Of a stretch of DNA of 64,000 bases, positions 60,701-64,000 are shown one piece after another. The DNA is taken from contig LSRY02000006.1 in NCBI GenBank assembly GCA_001643675.2, positions 992,001 through 1,056,000 on the forward strand. Reading direction: 5' to 3'. The stretch is from Monocercomonoides exilis PA203. Lineage: Eukaryota > Protista > Preaxostyla. The notes below the pieces were generated by a model that ran no database searches, had not been told where the DNA came from, and saw only the letters and a program-made list of their open reading frames with translations. The number at the start of each line of letters is the position of its first letter. Within the stretch, counting starts at the first letter, position 1. The position numbers and the translations under genes were made by a program.

Positions 60701-63700
60701 CTTGTTGTCATTATTCTCTTTTGTATCTTCCTCTTCTTTCTTTTCCTGTTTCTTTTTCATTTCTTGTTCTTTCTTCTTTTCCTGCTGCTCTTTTTCCCAA
60801 GCTTCCTTCAGCTTCTTTCCTTCTTCTTCCTTTTGCAGCACATTCATTCTCTTCTTTATCCATTTCTCAAACACATCTTGGTGAAGAGTAGGATAAATCG
60901 CCTTCCACACAGCCAGATGCAATGAACGATAAGAAATTGGAGATAATTCGATTTCATCTTTCTTTTCTTCAACAGCAGTAGATTTTTCAGATCCTTGTTT
61001 GGTATTTGATGCGGAATCATTATCTTTATTTGTTTTTTGTATTGTATTTTCGTCTTTAATCATCCCTCTTTCATCTTCTGCCCCGTCTTTCTTTCCTTGG
61101 TAATTATCTTCTTCTTTACCATCTTCCGAAATTGAAGGAGCAACAGAAACCAAAAACGGTCTGGCAATAAGAGAGACATGATAAGAAAGAGAACACGACA
61201 AATAAGCAGAGGCGGTCATAGTGCACACATTCACTGGAATCAGCAGTGGGAACAAAGACTTCTGCTGCTGCTTGTGAGAGGGCTGAGCAAGAGCTCCTGA
61301 TTGAAGAGGAGGTGATGGAGGAATAGACGACTGAAGAGGCGGAGGAGGAGGGATAGTTGACGAGCCTTCAGTCTGCTGTGAGAGAGATGCAGACGAAGAT
61401 GTTAATGATTGTTCATTTCCTTCTGTTGTTGAATTTGTTGCTTCTTCCTTTTCTTTCTTCTTTTCGCTTTGCTTACTTTGTGTTTGTTCCGCTTTGCTGC
61501 AACCATCATCAGTAACAACAAAGATGATTGGATTTGGATGGATGTTGGCAATGTCTTCGCTGTCATTCATTCTCTTTGTTATGACTCCATATGCACAATC
61601 ACATAGAACAAACAAAGGATTATGAGTTGGCGATGATCCATCAACTGCCTCGCTTTTGTGTTTGGATTTATTAATTTCGTCTGCTATCTTCATCAGCCGC
61701 TCATCGCTTGCTACAACAGCCATTGCATTCTTCACAACACCAGCACGATTGCAGACAAAAGACAGTGTAAATGGTGCGAAATCAACAGCACTTGACTCAT
61801 TAACAACTTCTGCTCCTTGTTCTCCTTTCAGCTCGCTCATCTCACCCTTCTCGCCCATTTCATTCCTCTTGTGCCATTGCATCGGGACAACCAGTGCTGT
61901 CACTGTCATCCTCTCATTTCCTGGAATGGGCAGCGGAAGCACTGTGAACGGATCGTATCTGATGCTGCGTGTTCCACAGCGCGGGCAATCCACCGTCGAT
62001 CTCAGCTGCCCTTCAAACAAATCACAGATGATTGACTCGTTCCTCAAACGGCGCCGCTGCAGAGAACGAGCAGACGAAGAAAGCAGAGAAAAGCGCTGGA
62101 ATGGATGCTGTTGTTGCAAAGAGGAGGAGGAAGAAGTGGAAGGCTGTTCAGCTGCTTGCCCTTCATTTGCTTTTGCATCGTGTTGCTGCTCATTAGAATC
62201 ACTGCCTTGTTCCGATGCAATCTGTCTAACTTCAGTCTCTTCTTCGTCTTCGACATATGGTTTCTCGATAACGTGATTGAGATCTTCGTGAATCCCATCC
62301 AAAACAAACGAAAGCAGCTCCTGTGCGTCTTGCTGCCCAAACCCAGAAAACTGCTGTCCATACGCCCCAACAACCTTTTTGAAGCCCCGAGGCGAAAATG
62401 TCTTCATACACAGTCGAATCTCTTTCTTTCCTGGATCATTGTTGTTGCCCTGCTGCTTTGCTAACACTTGAGCTTCCTTTTCTGCGGCTTTCTTTTCCTG
62501 TTCTTCTCTCTCCTTTTTCCGCTCTTCTTCTGCTTCTTCTTCGGTTATTTCTCCATTGAGCACTTTTTCTTCTCTCTGCTTCTCTCTCTTTTCTCTCTCT
62601 GCTCTTAGCCTCTCCATTTTTTCTTCTTCAGTTTCTTCAAAATCTTCACGATTTGTAGAATTATCATTCGAACTCAATTTTGAATCAGACCCATTACGAA
62701 TCTCTTCGTAATCTCCAAATGCATTTTTGCCGGCATATTTATTTGTCTTCATTTCGCATTTCAGCACAATTTCTCGTGCATGTTTCCCGGAAGTCATCAG
62801 CAATTCGCTGCTGCCCCATATCCGATCGACAAGATACGAATACGCTCCTGCCATTTTCCCTTCACACCCAATGGGATTCAGCAAATTCACATCATCGATA
62901 AACCGTCGAGAAAGAAAATGAGCAGTTAGAGGCACAATTTGTAGCAAACATTGAAGGGACGAGTTCATAAAACAAGTATTTCCTATGTTGCATAAGCCCA
63001 CAACTCCTCTGCTTTCAGGAACAGAAAGTGAAATCTCCTTAATTTGGAAGTCTGGCTTTTTGGCATATGCACCTTGATTGCTCCCACAAGCACATCCGTA
63101 TTTTTGCTTTGAATCATCTTTGATTTTCTTTTCATTGTCACATCCTCTTCTCGAAGGAGAAACAGAACGTGGTTGCTTTTGTTCCCTTTCAGACAAAATT
63201 GGATCAACAAATATGTAATCGTCATTTTCAAGTGCTTCGATTGGATTACTTTTTCCTTTGAATTCGACTTGTTCGCTTTCACTTTTCCATAGTCTAAGGC
63301 CAACACGCAAGTTCAAGCCAAAAGCCCTTCGAATTAAGTTTTGAATACGAATTGAAGGATCAAATCTTGAAACAGAGACAATTTTCAAGTCGGCTTTCTC
63401 AGGTTTATCTTCTCCAAAAGGCTTTAAAGAAAATTTTATATTTTTTGGATATAAATCAAGAATAAGACTTTTCTTATTCTTACGAAATTCTCTGGCAATT
63501 GGTGGTCCCCCTTTGTACCAAAGAAATAAAAATTGCCAAAGCTCCGTTGGCACAGCAAATACATCTTTATCCTCAATTAAACCTTTTGAGAAAAAAGAGT
63601 GGTAAAATCAAACTTATCATTAACTCTATTTTTAACCAATAAGAAAAGCCGAACCTTCAATTAATTCATTTGTCCCAGGTTTTAGAAAAGGTGAATTGTC

Positions 63701-63844
63701 AATCGGTGGAATTTCATTTGTCTCAAAAAACAATGATTTCCATGACATTGGAATCAGATTCCATTTATCAAATTCATTCTTCTCTGTTCCAATGAGATCT
63801 CGAAACAAACTTCTCCTGTCCTCCAACACAGATGAAGAATTCAT
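57753..63844 (-). CDS. Ubiquitin-specific protease, USP4/11/15-type (DUSP-UBL-USP) with long insertions
   Basis: DUSP (IDNS..VPTELWQFLFLWYKGGPPIAR), Cys box GLCNIGNTCFMNSSLQCL, QQDAQE, CPRC/CRRC Zn ribbon and His box HSGSLFGGHYTA..NDTRV. Introns at ~63653-63583 and 59001-58871. Confidence 0.93.
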
Positions 63845-64000
63845 TGATTTTGTTTAAAATAAAATATGTTGGAAAGAATGATCACTTTCTTCTCTTTATT
63901 CAATGATATTTTCTATCTTATTATAATTTCACAAAATAAAAAATTTCAAAGAAGTCAAAGAATTTCAGATATGGAGATTAATATGGTGAAATGTTTTGTT

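Noticed and set aside
1-64000. CRISPR arrays, tRNA/rRNA, U12-type (AT-AC) introns
   Set aside because: None seen by eye, and all reconstructed introns are GT-AG. tRNAscan/Infernal would be needed to exclude small RNAs.

Overview
This is eukaryotic, intron-containing protist DNA with AT-rich intergenic regions, short GT-AG introns (donor often GTTTG) and proteins inflated by Ser/Glu/Lys-rich low-complexity tracts. Gene families and composition point to an oxymonad such as Monocercomonoides using the standard code (inference, not a database match). Manual splicing gives 12 intact genes: a >1790-aa dual-specificity phosphatase that runs off the left edge and is mostly missing from the ORF track, a small hypothetical, a BCAS3/ATG18-like beta-propeller, a Kelch/Cys-rich multi-TM protein, a HAS1/DDX18-like half-helicase, AMPK beta, an LCAT/PLA2-family lipase, a Cys-to-Ser DSP pseudophosphatase, a large hypothetical, calcineurin B, a 3122-aa repeat surface protein and a USP4/11/15-type deubiquitinase. 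There is also a pseudogene of an expanded lineage-specific family, a complete pogo-type DD35D transposon with TIRs, a TA target-site duplication and an intron, and an unexplained 69-bp-arm inverted repeat. No CRISPR, rRNA or tRNA was recognised. The strongest leads are the helicase lacking its DEAD domain, the active/dead pair of giant-tailed DSPs, the intergenic hairpin and the intron-bearing transposase.
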